DNA of 64,000 nucleotides, taken from Candidatus Kapaibacterium sp. (GTDB lineage: Bacteria; Bacteroidota; Ignavibacteria; Palsa-1295). The stretch is taken from assembly GCA_035686785.1 (NCBI GenBank), contig DASRZC010000029.1, positions 43-64,042 of the forward strand. Reading direction: 5' to 3'. The notes below the pieces were generated by a model, which was not told the origin of the DNA, ran no database searches, and saw only the letters and a list, made by a program, of their open reading frames with translations. Shown here piece by piece: positions 37,196 to 46,968 of the stretch; position 1 is the first letter of the stretch; each line of letters opens with the position of its first letter. A program made the position numbers and the translations under genes.

Positions 37196-40100
37196 ATGAG
37201 CAATCATCCACGAAGGCCGGGACGAACTGTCATCTTTTTCTTAACTCTTATGAAAACGAACCTGAATTTCTGGAACCGGCTCTGTAACGCGGGCTTTGGC
37301 CCGCGCGAGGATGACCGATCATCCGTGTTGGGCGGTTTCCTTCAAATCGAGCCGTGGAACCGGCTCTCAGCATCGTCGGCGATGCTTATCGCGGGCGCTT
37401 GCCTGCTCTTTCTCGGCATCTTTGCATCGCAGGCGTCGGCGCAGGTCGATACGTTGCTTGCGACGGCAACTTTTGCTACGGGACTCCCAAGCACCTGGAC
37501 AAACGATGGCTCATGGTCCACTAACATCGTCGGCCGCGGCGGATTCAATGGATCGATGGTCTGCACCATGGCATATAATTCCATTTACGGTGACCCCACT
37601 TACGACTCCATGTACGTTGACAATGGCGGGGACCCCTATTGGGAGTACTTCTGGAACTACCCTACTGCCGGTTACTACAACGATCTGAGTACACCATCTG
37701 TCAATGCAAGCTCTTACGCAAGCAACGATTTTTCCGTTTGGGTGGACTTCGACTTCTTTTGGGCATACAACTCAGATTCTTACTATGAGCAGGAGAGCGG
37801 TAATTTCGAAGTCAGCACGGATGGCAGCGACCTCTTAGATCTTATTCAGCCAACGAACTACGGAACCTATGGGGTGACTGGCGATCCCGGGTCGATTTTA
37901 GCCCCCGATACTTCCTATTGGCGTCACTATCATCTTCTCGTTCCGGTCGCGTCCCGGACGTCGGACCTGACGATATCCTTCGTTGGCGACGTGGGTAATT
38001 ACCACTCGACTCCGGCGATCGATAACGTGACGATCACGGCTTCTGCGACGAGACGCATGTCCCTCAGCCGCGATTTTGTCTCGCTCGGTCAGGTCCGTGT
38101 CGGAAGCCGTAAGCGCGATACGCTGAACGTATCTTCCACGGGCCATTCTTCCATTACGGTAAGCTCGGGCATGAAATCCGGGGTGCAATTCTCGAGTTAC
38201 CCCACAAGCTTAAATCGTTCGATTACCAACGGATCGACAGAACACGACAGCGTAATCTTCACACCCATCGCTCGCGGCATGTTTAGCGACTCGCTTATCT
38301 TCACAACGAATTCGGATGAAACGTCCGAGCAGCGGATGGCAGTCTATGTTTCCGGCCAGGGCGTTCAGGCCATTTTTAATTCCACTAATGGCAACGCGCT
38401 CGCCTTTGGGAACCTTCGTGTTGGGCGGACCGCGCAGCAAACGTTCTCTTTCTCGAATACGGGTGACGATACCCTTTTCCTGCAAACTCCGACGATTTCA
38501 GACAGCGGATTTAGCATTCCCTCAGGGCCGGCGAGCCTTACGATTCTGCCGAACCAGACGGAGAGCATCGTCCTGCAATTTGCTCCGACGAAAAGGCGAT
38601 CGTATAGCGGAACACTGAGGTTCATTGCATCGAATGGCGTCACCGTCCCCTCCGTAACGTTGAGGGGCCAGGGTATTCAGGCCACTTTTAGCCCGGGCAA
38701 TGACACGGTCTTCGCCTTCGGCTATGTGCATGTTGGCCGGACGTTAGAAAGAACGTTCGACTTCTCGAACGTGGGTGACGACACGCTCTTCCTGCAAACC
38801 CAATCGCTCGCGGGCAATGGATTTAACGTTGTCCCGGAACCCGCGAGTCTGACGCTACTGCCGGGCCAGGCGGGAAGCTTCGTCGTGGAATTCGCTCCCG
38901 TGACGGAACAAGTCTATGGCGAAACATTGTCATTCACCGCATCGAATGGTGTAGCGGCTCCCACCGTCACGCTTAGCGGCACGGGCGCGCTGCCTCACAT
39001 GGCCGTCGCGCAAAATCACGAAACGGTCGATCTCGGGCAGGTCAAAGTAAATTCGAGCAACACGCAAGATTTTGCTGTTGCGAATACCGGCGCGTGGGAC
39101 CTGACTCTTTCGAGTGCCTCGGCGGCTCCGACCCCGTTCAGTATTGGGACGTGGCCAACTATTGTGGCTGGGAATACGACGGGGTATGTGGCCGTCAATT
39201 TCGCGCCGACTGCAACGGGTTCCTTCAGTGGAATGCTTGTGATTGCGGGAGATGACGCATCGAATCCCTCGGATACGATATTCCTGACGGGCACGGGCAT
39301 CGAAAGCGCGCTTTCGATCGATCCGGTAAATGTCGATTTCGGAATGGTGCCGGTTGCGAGCATCGTTCGGGATACGATTAAACTAAGTAATACAGGGACC
39401 GCGAGTGTAGCGATTAACTCCTACACGCTCTCGCCACTGGTGGGAACCTTCGCTGTCGTCAATTCCCCGGCTGCGCAAATAAGCGCGGGCGGAACGGCAC
39501 TCGTGATCGTAAGCTTCCACCCGGATGCTGTCGGAAATTTCGCGGGTACGCTGACGCTCATGACCGACGATGCCGGCACGCCTGTGCGGACGATCAATCT
39601 TTCGGGCGTCGGCGTAAGGGGGACGCTCGCTGTCGCGTCTTCCATCGACTTTGGAAATGTGATGGTCGGTCATGATTCTGTCATTCGTGCAACGCTAAAA
39701 AATACGAGTCCGGTAAGCGTGACGATTAACTCGCTTACGATGACTGGAAGCGCGTTTAGTCATGGGACATTTGCAACACCGTTATTGATTGCGGCAGGTG
39801 ATTCCGCCTCTCTCGATCTAACGTTCGCGCCCACCATCGCTGGCGCTGCCAGCGGATCGGTACGCGTTACGCTTGGCGATAATACACTGGTTAACATTGC
39901 GCTCACGGGCGCGGGAGTTAGTTCCGCGGACGTAGTGACGGGTGCGCAGGGAAATGAATTCTCGCTCTCCATTTCTCCGAATCCCGCAAACCACATAGCC
40001 ACAGCGCACATCTCGATGATGAATGCCTCTGAGGGACAATTAACCGTCTTCGATGTCACCGGACACGAGGTGCTTTCCATTCCGCTCGGACTGCTTTCGC

Positions 40101-40216
40101 AAGGCGCGCACGATGTAACTCTGCCGATCGAGCATCTCGCGAGCGGCAGCTACTTCGTCCGCATCACGAATACGAGCGGCGAATCAGCTTCGGCGAGGCT
40201 CGTCCTCGCGCGATAG
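37196..40216 (+). CDS. secreted protein with ≥7 tandem Ig-like (choice-of-anchor-D / HYDIN-ASH-like) repeats and T9SS C-terminal sorting domain (signal peptide start probably ~37382, MLIAGACLLFLGIFASQASAQ)
   Basis: ~100-aa repeats of pattern …FGxVxVGxxxxxTFxxSNTGDDTLFLQT…SGF…PASLTLLPGQ…FAPT…Y.GTL.F.ASNGV..P.VTL.G.G. The C-terminal …ISPNPANH…LTVFDVTGHEV…SGSYFVRITNTSGESASARLVLAR is a T9SS CTD. Confidence 0.7.
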   Translation: MSNHPRRPGRTVIFFLTLMKTNLNFWNRLCNAGFGPREDDRSSVLGGFLQIEPWNRLSASSAMLIAGACLLFLGIFASQASAQVDTLLATATFATGLPSTWTNDGSWSTNIVGRGGFNGSMVCTMAYNSIYGDPTYDSMYVDNGGDPYWEYFWNYPTAGYYNDLSTPSVNASSYASNDFSVWVDFDFFWAYNSDSYYEQESGNFEVSTDGSDLLDLIQPTNYGTYGVTGDPGSILAPDTSYWRHYHLLVPVASRTSDLTISFVGDVGNYHSTPAIDNVTITASATRRMSLSRDFVSLGQVRVGSRKRDTLNVSSTGHSSITVSSGMKSGVQFSSYPTSLNRSITNGSTEHDSVIFTPIARGMFSDSLIFTTNSDETSEQRMAVYVSGQGVQAIFNSTNGNALAFGNLRVGRTAQQTFSFSNTGDDTLFLQTPTISDSGFSIPSGPASLTILPNQTESIVLQFAPTKRRSYSGTLRFIASNGVTVPSVTLRGQGIQATFSPGNDTVFAFGYVHVGRTLERTFDFSNVGDDTLFLQTQSLAGNGFNVVPEPASLTLLPGQAGSFVVEFAPVTEQVYGETLSFTASNGVAAPTVTLSGTGALPHMAVAQNHETVDLGQVKVNSSNTQDFAVANTGAWDLTLSSASAAPTPFSIGTWPTIVAGNTTGYVAVNFAPTATGSFSGMLVIAGDDASNPSDTIFLTGTGIESALSIDPVNVDFGMVPVASIVRDTIKLSNTGTASVAINSYTLSPLVGTFAVVNSPAAQISAGGTALVIVSFHPDAVGNFAGTLTLMTDDAGTPVRTINLSGVGVRGTLAVASSIDFGNVMVGHDSVIRATLKNTSPVSVTINSLTMTGSAFSHGTFATPLLIAAGDSASLDLTFAPTIAGAASGSVRVTLGDNTLVNIALTGAGVSSADVVTGAQGNEFSLSISPNPANHIATAHISMMNASEGQLTVFDVTGHEVLSIPLGLLSQGAHDVTLPIEHLASGSYFVRITNTSGESASARLVLAR

Positions 40217-40323
40217 TTCGAAAGATGCACCTCAAACAGAATTGGCGCCATCGCAAAGTCGTGGTGACGCCAATCGCTTAAACGAGCCGCACTAAGGATG
40301 AGCCATCACCTGTTCGAGGTTGC

Positions 40324-42198
40324 ATGACAAAAAGGAAGACCACTCTCCCTCCGACGGACGGGCACCCGCCCCAGCGGTCGTTGCTCGACCAAGCGGAGGA
40401 TCATTTTGAAAAGAGCGAATACGAGCAGGCGCAACAACTTGCCGACGAGGTGCTTGAGGGTGGAAACGGTTTGCTGTCAAAGCACGATGAGGTGCGCGCC
40501 CGCTGCATCCTCGGCGAATGCTTCGAGAGCGTGGTTCGATATGACGATGCGCTCGCGCAGTTCCAGAGCGCCGCCGCTATCGCCGAGGCCGCATCGAACC
40601 GTGAATTGCAGTCCAGAGCGATGAACGGCATTGCCGACTTGCATGTGAATCTCGGTGATTTCGGCGCTGCGATTCACACCGCCGAGGGCGCCATCGCTCT
40701 GGCGCAGCAAGCCGGAGACAAAAGGCAGGAGGCGGTGGGTCTGAATACCATCGGGTATGCACATTGCAGTCGCGCGGACTCCAAGCTCGCATTGGAGCAC
40801 TATAACCGAGCACTCGTCATTGCCAGGGAAATTGGTGATAAACAAATCCTCGCTGCAACACTTGGCAAGATCGGGAGCGTTTATACTTTGCTTGCTAATC
40901 ACTCTCGTGCATTGGAGTACTATCGCGATGCACTTGCACGCTATGAAGGGACCGGCAACAAGCGAGGTATAGCGGCCACGCTTGGCGGAATGGGAATAAT
41001 TTTTAAAGCATTGGGTGACTATTCACGCTCGCTGGATTTTCTAACTCGTTCGCTTGCACTCAAAGAAGAAATCGGCGATAAAAAAGGTATCGGGACAAGT
41101 CTCCTCAATATCGGGGTTGACTACGATTTGCTGGAAGACCATACGCGTGCCCTGGAATATTATTCCCGTTCCCTTTCCATTGGCGAAGAAATCGGAGATA
41201 AGGAACTTGTTGCCATTAGTTTCGGCAACATCGGACGGGTAAATATGGCCAGCGGTGACTATGTCCGCGCCATGGAGTACCTCCCGCGCGCGCTCGTGCT
41301 CAGTCAGCAGATCGGCGCTCGCAGGCCGGTTGGATTTTGGATGGCGGGCATCGCCAAGACCCAACAGAAAATGGGCAATCTCGAGACCGCGTATCAGGGA
41401 TTCCTCGAGTTGCTCCATTATCGGCGCGACGTGCTGGAATCGAAGGAAGGCGTGGCGATGACTCTGTACAATATCGGTGACGTATTGATGGAGCAAGCAA
41501 AACCCGACGAAGCGCTGCTTCGATTTCAGGAGGCGCTGAGTTTAGCCGACGAGACCGGCGAGAAGTACATCTCATCGAACGCGCACGAGGAAATATCTCG
41601 CGTGTATGCGACGATGGGTGATATGGCTAAAGCCTACGGGCATATCACGAAGCATAACGCGCTCGAAAAAGAAATTCACACCGAAGAATTGAAAAAGCGC
41701 GTGGATATTTTCAATATGCGCGTGGCCATTTCAGAAATAGAACATGGAGTAGAAGTACAAAAATTACACATCGAACACATGGAACACGATCTTGCGAACA
41801 GCGCCATTCATCTTGCGGCTCAGACCGACTTGCTCGATCATTTCCGGCTCGACTTGAGCCAGATATTCCGAGAGATCGAGGAACCGATCGCCGCGATGAA
41901 GCGGATCAAGGAGAAGTTGAAGGCGCTGCCGTGCCAGCAAATTGACTGGCCAAAATTCGAGGGGCAATTTAACGAGGTGCATCCGGAGTTCAAAGAAAAA
42001 CTCTCCGCGAAGTTTCCGGACTTAACGCAAATGGAGGAACGCATCGCCGCGATGGTGCGGATGGACCTGAAATCCTCTGACATTGCGCGGCTCTTTTGCA
42101 TTACCGAGCGCGCGGTGGAATTTCACCGCTTGAATTTGCGGAAAAAGTTGAAACTCGATGCGAGCGAGACGTTGCCTAAGGTGTTGAGCCAGTTGTAG
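40324..42198 (+). CDS. TPR-repeat transcriptional regulator with C-terminal LuxR/GerE-type HTH
   Basis: ~8 TPR-like repeats (…ALEYYRDALARYEGTGNKRGIAATLGGMGIIF…). The C-terminus LTQMEERIAAMVRMDLKSSDIARLFCITERAVEFHRLNLRKKL is a GerE HTH. Confidence 0.75.
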   Translation: MTKRKTTLPPTDGHPPQRSLLDQAEDHFEKSEYEQAQQLADEVLEGGNGLLSKHDEVRARCILGECFESVVRYDDALAQFQSAAAIAEAASNRELQSRAMNGIADLHVNLGDFGAAIHTAEGAIALAQQAGDKRQEAVGLNTIGYAHCSRADSKLALEHYNRALVIAREIGDKQILAATLGKIGSVYTLLANHSRALEYYRDALARYEGTGNKRGIAATLGGMGIIFKALGDYSRSLDFLTRSLALKEEIGDKKGIGTSLLNIGVDYDLLEDHTRALEYYSRSLSIGEEIGDKELVAISFGNIGRVNMASGDYVRAMEYLPRALVLSQQIGARRPVGFWMAGIAKTQQKMGNLETAYQGFLELLHYRRDVLESKEGVAMTLYNIGDVLMEQAKPDEALLRFQEALSLADETGEKYISSNAHEEISRVYATMGDMAKAYGHITKHNALEKEIHTEELKKRVDIFNMRVAISEIEHGVEVQKLHIEHMEHDLANSAIHLAAQTDLLDHFRLDLSQIFREIEEPIAAMKRIKEKLKALPCQQIDWPKFEGQFNEVHPEFKEKLSAKFPDLTQMEERIAAMVRMDLKSSDIARLFCITERAVEFHRLNLRKKLKLDASETLPKVLSQL

Positions 42199-42247
42199 TA
42201 GGAGAAAATCACTATGATAACGCCGTTAGGCACGTCCCTACGTTTCG

Positions 42248-45190
42248 TTACAATTTCTCTTTCAATTCCACGATCGCCTGCTCGCACTGCGCACGGACGA
42301 GCGCGAATTTCTCATTGGCTTGCACAGCGTTTTTGGGTTCGGCGCACAACTGTTCGAGGGACTCGGCAAAGCCGGCGGCGGTCGTCATCCCCATGAATTT
42401 CAGGTGCGGCTTCATGGCATGGACTCGGCGGCGGGCGTTATCGAGATCGTGTTGCTCGAGTGCCGCCGCGACCGATTCCAATTGGCCGGGCACGCCATCC
42501 AGGAACATGCGAATATATTTTTTTAGCTGCTCTTCGTTGCCGCCCGTGATCTGGCGAAGCGCGTTGAGATCGGTGACCGGCGTGCCAATTGACATGGACC
42601 TATTACTCTGATTTGTAAAATCCATTGAATCCTTATCGATCCCATCCGACCCATTGGTCCTATAGGACGGAATTACAGAATTCACCTTCCCTCGATAGTA
42701 TTTCGCAATCACGCGAAAAAGTTCGTCCTGCTTGAACGGCTTTGGAATATAATCGTTCATGCCGGCGGCGAAGCATCGGTCGATTTCCGATTTAATCACG
42801 CTTGCGGTGAGCGCGATGATGGGCACGTCCCGCTTGCCGCGTGGAAGATGCGCGCGAATGTGCTTTGTCGCCTCGATGCCGTCCATCTCCGGCATTTGCA
42901 CGTCCATGAGCACGAGGTCGAACGCGAAATTTTGCAGCAGCGTAATAGCTTCGAGGCCGTTCGAAGCGAGTTCCACCGAAACCTCCGGGATCATGTTGCG
43001 GAGCGTGTCGGTAAGGACGATCTGGTTGTATTCGTTATCCTCGACAAGCATCACGCGCATTCCCCGCAGCGATGCGGCGTCGATCGAAGCCGTGGCTTCG
43101 GGTTCGATGAGCACATCTTCGCTTGCAACTTCATACGGGATGGTGAAGGAGAATTCCGATCCTTTGCCCGGCTCGCTTTCGACGCCGATATGGCCGCCCT
43201 GAAGTTCGATGAGCGTGCGGGAGATCGTGAGGCCCAATCCGGTGCCGCCATATTTACGCGAGGTTTCCGCGTCGGCCTGTGAGAAGGAATCGAAAATCGA
43301 GTTCAACTTCTCGCGAGGGATACCAATACCCGTATCGCGGACGGCAATTCGAACTTTCATCTGACGCTCACCGGCGGTAACCGCACTGATCAGGATTTTT
43401 ACGGAGCCGCGCTCCGTAAATTTCACTGAATTGCTGAGGAGGTTCATCAATACTTGCGAGAGGCGGGCGGGATCGCCCACGACGATGTGCGGTGCGGACT
43501 CGGCAATCTCCTGCGTGAGCGTAATGCCGCGGGCTTCCGCCTTGAGGCGCATGATTTCCATCGCATGGCCAGTAACATCCCGGAGCCGGAAAGGAATGTT
43601 CTCCAACTCCATCTTACCGGCCTGTAATTTCGAGAGATCGAGAATATCGTTGATGATGACGAGCAAATTATCCGCCGAGGATTCGATGGCTTCGAGATAG
43701 TCCCGCTGCTTCGTGGAGAGCGAGGAATCGAGCAGGAGCGTGGTCATGCCGAGCACGGCATTCATGGGCGTTCGAATTTCGTGGCTCATGTTTGCCAGGA
43801 ACTGGTGTTCGAGCCGCTCGCTGGCCTCCGCGCGTTCTTTCGCCGCCGCTAATTCCGTGTTGATGCGACGCAGTTTGCGTTCGTTGCGATAAAAAAGTCC
43901 GGCTACGAGGCACAGCACCAGGGCGACCCCAATGATCGAATAGTTGATAAACCGATCGTGCTCGAGTTCCCGATCCTGCAGGGCAATTTGCCGCTCGCTT
44001 TTGCTCGCCTGATATTTTGCTTCCATATCGGCGAGGATGCGGCTCTTATCGACATTGTAAATCGAATCGTGGAGTGCGTTGCTCTTCGTCAGGAAGTCAT
44101 ACGCGGATGGGTAATCGCCGGTTGCGGCATAGGCTTTTGCAAGGCTTAGATAGCCATCGACGAGTCCGCGACGGGCGCCAATATGCTCGTCGATGGCGCG
44201 CGTAAGGTTCAGGTAATAGAGGGCGCTGTCGGTGCGGTGCAGTTGAAGAAAGACATTTCCAAGCTGCAAATACGCGCTCGCCGTGTAAATGGTATTGGGT
44301 CCCACGGCCAGGTTCATTTCGATCGACTTGCGATCGTAATAAAGAGTGCTATCGGCTACTCCCTTCTTTTCAAATACGCTTCCGATATTGCCGAGCACGC
44401 GAGCGCGCTGGTCGTGTTCGCCCAATTTGCGGTAGAGTTCTTCACTCTGGCGGAAATAATGCAGCGAACTATCGAGCCGCGCCTCGAAGGGAAGCATGCG
44501 CATGGAGCCGCTGTTGAAACTGCGGCCAATGTTATTATAGATCGCGGCAATGGCCATCGCATTGTGCGCTTTGGGTTCCGAAGTTAAGGCAAGCCGCAAA
44601 TACTTGAGGGCCGTCTCCGGCTCCATTTGGTCGAGATAGAGGCAGCCCAGATTATTAAAGGCGTCCCCGATGCCGGTAGAATCGTGCCGCGCCTGGACAA
44701 TGTTAAGGCCAGCAAGGAAATAATCGAATGCTTCATCGTAGCTGGCAATTTCCAGATCGTTCCATCCCAATAAGCTGTAGGCTTGCGCGAGTAAGTCGGA
44801 ATCCCCGATGCGCTCCGCGCTACTTACGGCCTCCTGGAGCGTGGCGCGAGCGTTGTCATACTCTCCGGCATTGGAATACAAGTGAGCTTGGAACAATTCG
44901 AAGCGCGCAATTCGATGAGGATCGCGTGCCTTTTCGGCATACTCCAGGGACTGGGTTGCATAACTCATCGCCGTCGCGGTGTCCTCGTTTTCGAGCGCGG
45001 TCGCGAGCTCCAGCAGGATGTCGCTACGGTCCGTATCCTGAGTTGCGTAAGCGTAGGCCGAGTGAAGACTATCGAAATAATGTTGGCCGGTTTGCGCAAA
45101 GAGACGAGCGGGAAGAACTGCAAGAAGCGGCAGGAGCACATAAAACGGATGCAACTTCATGGCGAATGCTTTCACAACGATGGCGTTCAA
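42248..45190 (-). CDS. hybrid sensor histidine kinase/response regulator (N-terminal periplasmic TPR repeats, TM, HisKA, HATPase_c, REC, Hpt)
   Basis: H-box NMSHEIRTPMNAVLGMTTLL. REC MRVMLVEDNEYNQIV…DLVLMDVQMPEMDG. C-terminal Hpt-like …HAMKPHLKFMGM. Confidence 0.85.
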   Translation of the reverse strand: MNAIVVKAFAMKLHPFYVLLPLLAVLPARLFAQTGQHYFDSLHSAYAYATQDTDRSDILLELATALENEDTATAMSYATQSLEYAEKARDPHRIARFELFQAHLYSNAGEYDNARATLQEAVSSAERIGDSDLLAQAYSLLGWNDLEIASYDEAFDYFLAGLNIVQARHDSTGIGDAFNNLGCLYLDQMEPETALKYLRLALTSEPKAHNAMAIAAIYNNIGRSFNSGSMRMLPFEARLDSSLHYFRQSEELYRKLGEHDQRARVLGNIGSVFEKKGVADSTLYYDRKSIEMNLAVGPNTIYTASAYLQLGNVFLQLHRTDSALYYLNLTRAIDEHIGARRGLVDGYLSLAKAYAATGDYPSAYDFLTKSNALHDSIYNVDKSRILADMEAKYQASKSERQIALQDRELEHDRFINYSIIGVALVLCLVAGLFYRNERKLRRINTELAAAKERAEASERLEHQFLANMSHEIRTPMNAVLGMTTLLLDSSLSTKQRDYLEAIESSADNLLVIINDILDLSKLQAGKMELENIPFRLRDVTGHAMEIMRLKAEARGITLTQEIAESAPHIVVGDPARLSQVLMNLLSNSVKFTERGSVKILISAVTAGERQMKVRIAVRDTGIGIPREKLNSIFDSFSQADAETSRKYGGTGLGLTISRTLIELQGGHIGVESEPGKGSEFSFTIPYEVASEDVLIEPEATASIDAASLRGMRVMLVEDNEYNQIVLTDTLRNMIPEVSVELASNGLEAITLLQNFAFDLVLMDVQMPEMDGIEATKHIRAHLPRGKRDVPIIALTASVIKSEIDRCFAAGMNDYIPKPFKQDELFRVIAKYYRGKVNSVIPSYRTNGSDGIDKDSMDFTNQSNRSMSIGTPVTDLNALRQITGGNEEQLKKYIRMFLDGVPGQLESVAAALEQHDLDNARRRVHAMKPHLKFMGMTTAAGFAESLEQLCAEPKNAVQANEKFALVRAQCEQAIVELKEKL

Positions 45191-45195
45191 AAATT

Positions 45196-45747
45196 TTAAT
45201 GCAGGCGCAAATAAACAATATATCCGAAGAGCGCCAGGACGAGTACCCAGAAAACGAGATTCATCGCTTTTTGAAAGCCGTTCGATTTCTTGAGCGTTCG
45301 CAGCTTGGCAATTTGTGTCAGCGCAAGCTCTAACTTATGGAAGGCCGTCTCATTTTTTACGATGTAATCATAAGCGCCATATTTGATGGTGTTCGAGGCG
45401 ACCTCGATGCGGTCCTGGCCGGTTAGGAAGACGATGGGCAAATTCGGGAAACGGGTCTTCAGTTTCGAAAGGACCTGCAGGCCGTTCATCGCGTCCGCCT
45501 TCACGGTATCGAGTTGATAATCGAGGACGGTCACGTCCGGCTCATCGCCTAAGGCGGCAAGGGCGTCTTCGCCGGTGTTGAAAATCGTGACGTTCGATCC
45601 GGGAAAGGTCTTTTCAATGGTATCGCGGACCATCTCGCACATCGCGGGATCGTCGTCGATAATAGTAACCGTAAGTTTTTCGCCAGGGCTCATATATCCG
45701 CCGGAAAAGGGATTAGCGAGGCTTCTCCGGTATTCATAAGAAGCCAA
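45196..45747 (-). CDS. response-regulator receiver domain protein with C-terminal TM anchor (start probably MSPGEK… ~45693)
   Basis: LTVTIIDDDPAMCEMV…VTVLDYQLD…IVFLTGQD is a REC domain. The C-terminal FWVLVLALFGYIVYL is a TM helix, and there is no output domain. Confidence 0.7.
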   Translation of the reverse strand: MASYEYRRSLANPFSGGYMSPGEKLTVTIIDDDPAMCEMVRDTIEKTFPGSNVTIFNTGEDALAALGDEPDVTVLDYQLDTVKADAMNGLQVLSKLKTRFPNLPIVFLTGQDRIEVASNTIKYGAYDYIVKNETAFHKLELALTQIAKLRTLKKSNGFQKAMNLVFWVLVLALFGYIVYLRLH

Positions 45748-45763
45748 ACACGCGAGAGAAAGT

Positions 45764-46954
45764 TTACGTTACCGGAAGAGATTCCCGATCGGATAGGCGC
45801 CTTTCATCCGAGAAGCCAACGGAAAACAATAAGACCATAACGGCGCATAACGAACCGCCTGGTACACTCCGGGCGAAAAGAATCAGCAACGCGGCAGTAA
45901 TCAGACTGGCCCATCGCATGCGGAGATGGCTGTTGCGCTTGATAACGTTCCATGTTGCGGAAAGAGAATTGCCATCCGCGAGATTCAGCTTCCCTATTAG
46001 TAGCGAAACCGCTGGAATGGCAAACGCAAGGTGGTGCGGCTCACTGATGGGAGAAAGAAGCAGCGAAGCTAATAAATAGAGAGCGAAGACGGCGGGGCTT
46101 ACGGGCTGGGATTTCACGTCCCGAAATCGCATTTGAAACCACACGACGACCGTTACCACAAGAGCAACAATAACCGCCATGCCTATGAGCCGAGCCTCCG
46201 GCGTGGATGCGATGGAAGCGGCCCACGCCGTAAGCGAAAACCAATGCGCGTCGAACCCCGGATTGGATGTTTGTGAAAAAAGGAAATGCGTGGCGTACCA
46301 AGCGTACCAATTCCAGGCGATCCCGCCACTTACAAGAATGGGAACGGCGAACAGCGCGGCAAGGAAGACGAGTGTGAGAGCCAGGGCGCCCCATGCTCGC
46401 CGTACAAGCAGATAAACAATAAAAATAGCAGGCGTGAGTTTGATCGCGATCGCGAGCGTAAGCAACATCGTTGCGCGGGTGGTGGCGCCCCTCCGAAGCC
46501 CGGCAAAGAATCCCGCCGTAAGCGCAAGGACGATAAGATTGATCTGACCATTCAGCAAATTATTTTGCAATACACCGATAAGAAGCAACGAGGAAAGGAC
46601 ACCATTGAGTAGGACGAGGGGCTGTTTCCCTAAAAGAAGATAGAAGGTATAGGCCAAGGCGGCAACGCTAAGCGCAAACCAGAGCACGATGCTGGCAGCG
46701 TATGGAAGCATCGCAATCGGATACAGCAACACACATACCACCAACGGATAAATAAAGGGGAAGCTCGTAAGCGTGAGATATGGATTCTCACCATGCCAAA
46801 ATGCTTTTGTTGCTAACAGGTAGCTTGTGAAGTCATAGCCTTGCGGGCGATAGGCCTTTTCTATCGTTTGCACCAGGAGGAGAAGCAACACCCCGGCGCC
46901 TATCGAGAGCACAATCCTATCGCGGCGAGCGTGTGTGGAGGGGCTATCATTCAT
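45764..46954 (-). CDS. glycosyltransferase family 87 / DUF2029-like polytopic membrane protein
   Basis: ~10 TM helices, an …ISEPHHLAF… conserved loop, and 396 aa. Confidence 0.5.
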   Translation of the reverse strand: MNDSPSTHARRDRIVLSIGAGVLLLLLVQTIEKAYRPQGYDFTSYLLATKAFWHGENPYLTLTSFPFIYPLVVCVLLYPIAMLPYAASIVLWFALSVAALAYTFYLLLGKQPLVLLNGVLSSLLLIGVLQNNLLNGQINLIVLALTAGFFAGLRRGATTRATMLLTLAIAIKLTPAIFIVYLLVRRAWGALALTLVFLAALFAVPILVSGGIAWNWYAWYATHFLFSQTSNPGFDAHWFSLTAWAASIASTPEARLIGMAVIVALVVTVVVWFQMRFRDVKSQPVSPAVFALYLLASLLLSPISEPHHLAFAIPAVSLLIGKLNLADGNSLSATWNVIKRNSHLRMRWASLITAALLILFARSVPGGSLCAVMVLLFSVGFSDERRLSDRESLPVT

Positions 46955-46968
46955 CCTGTCGAGACGCG

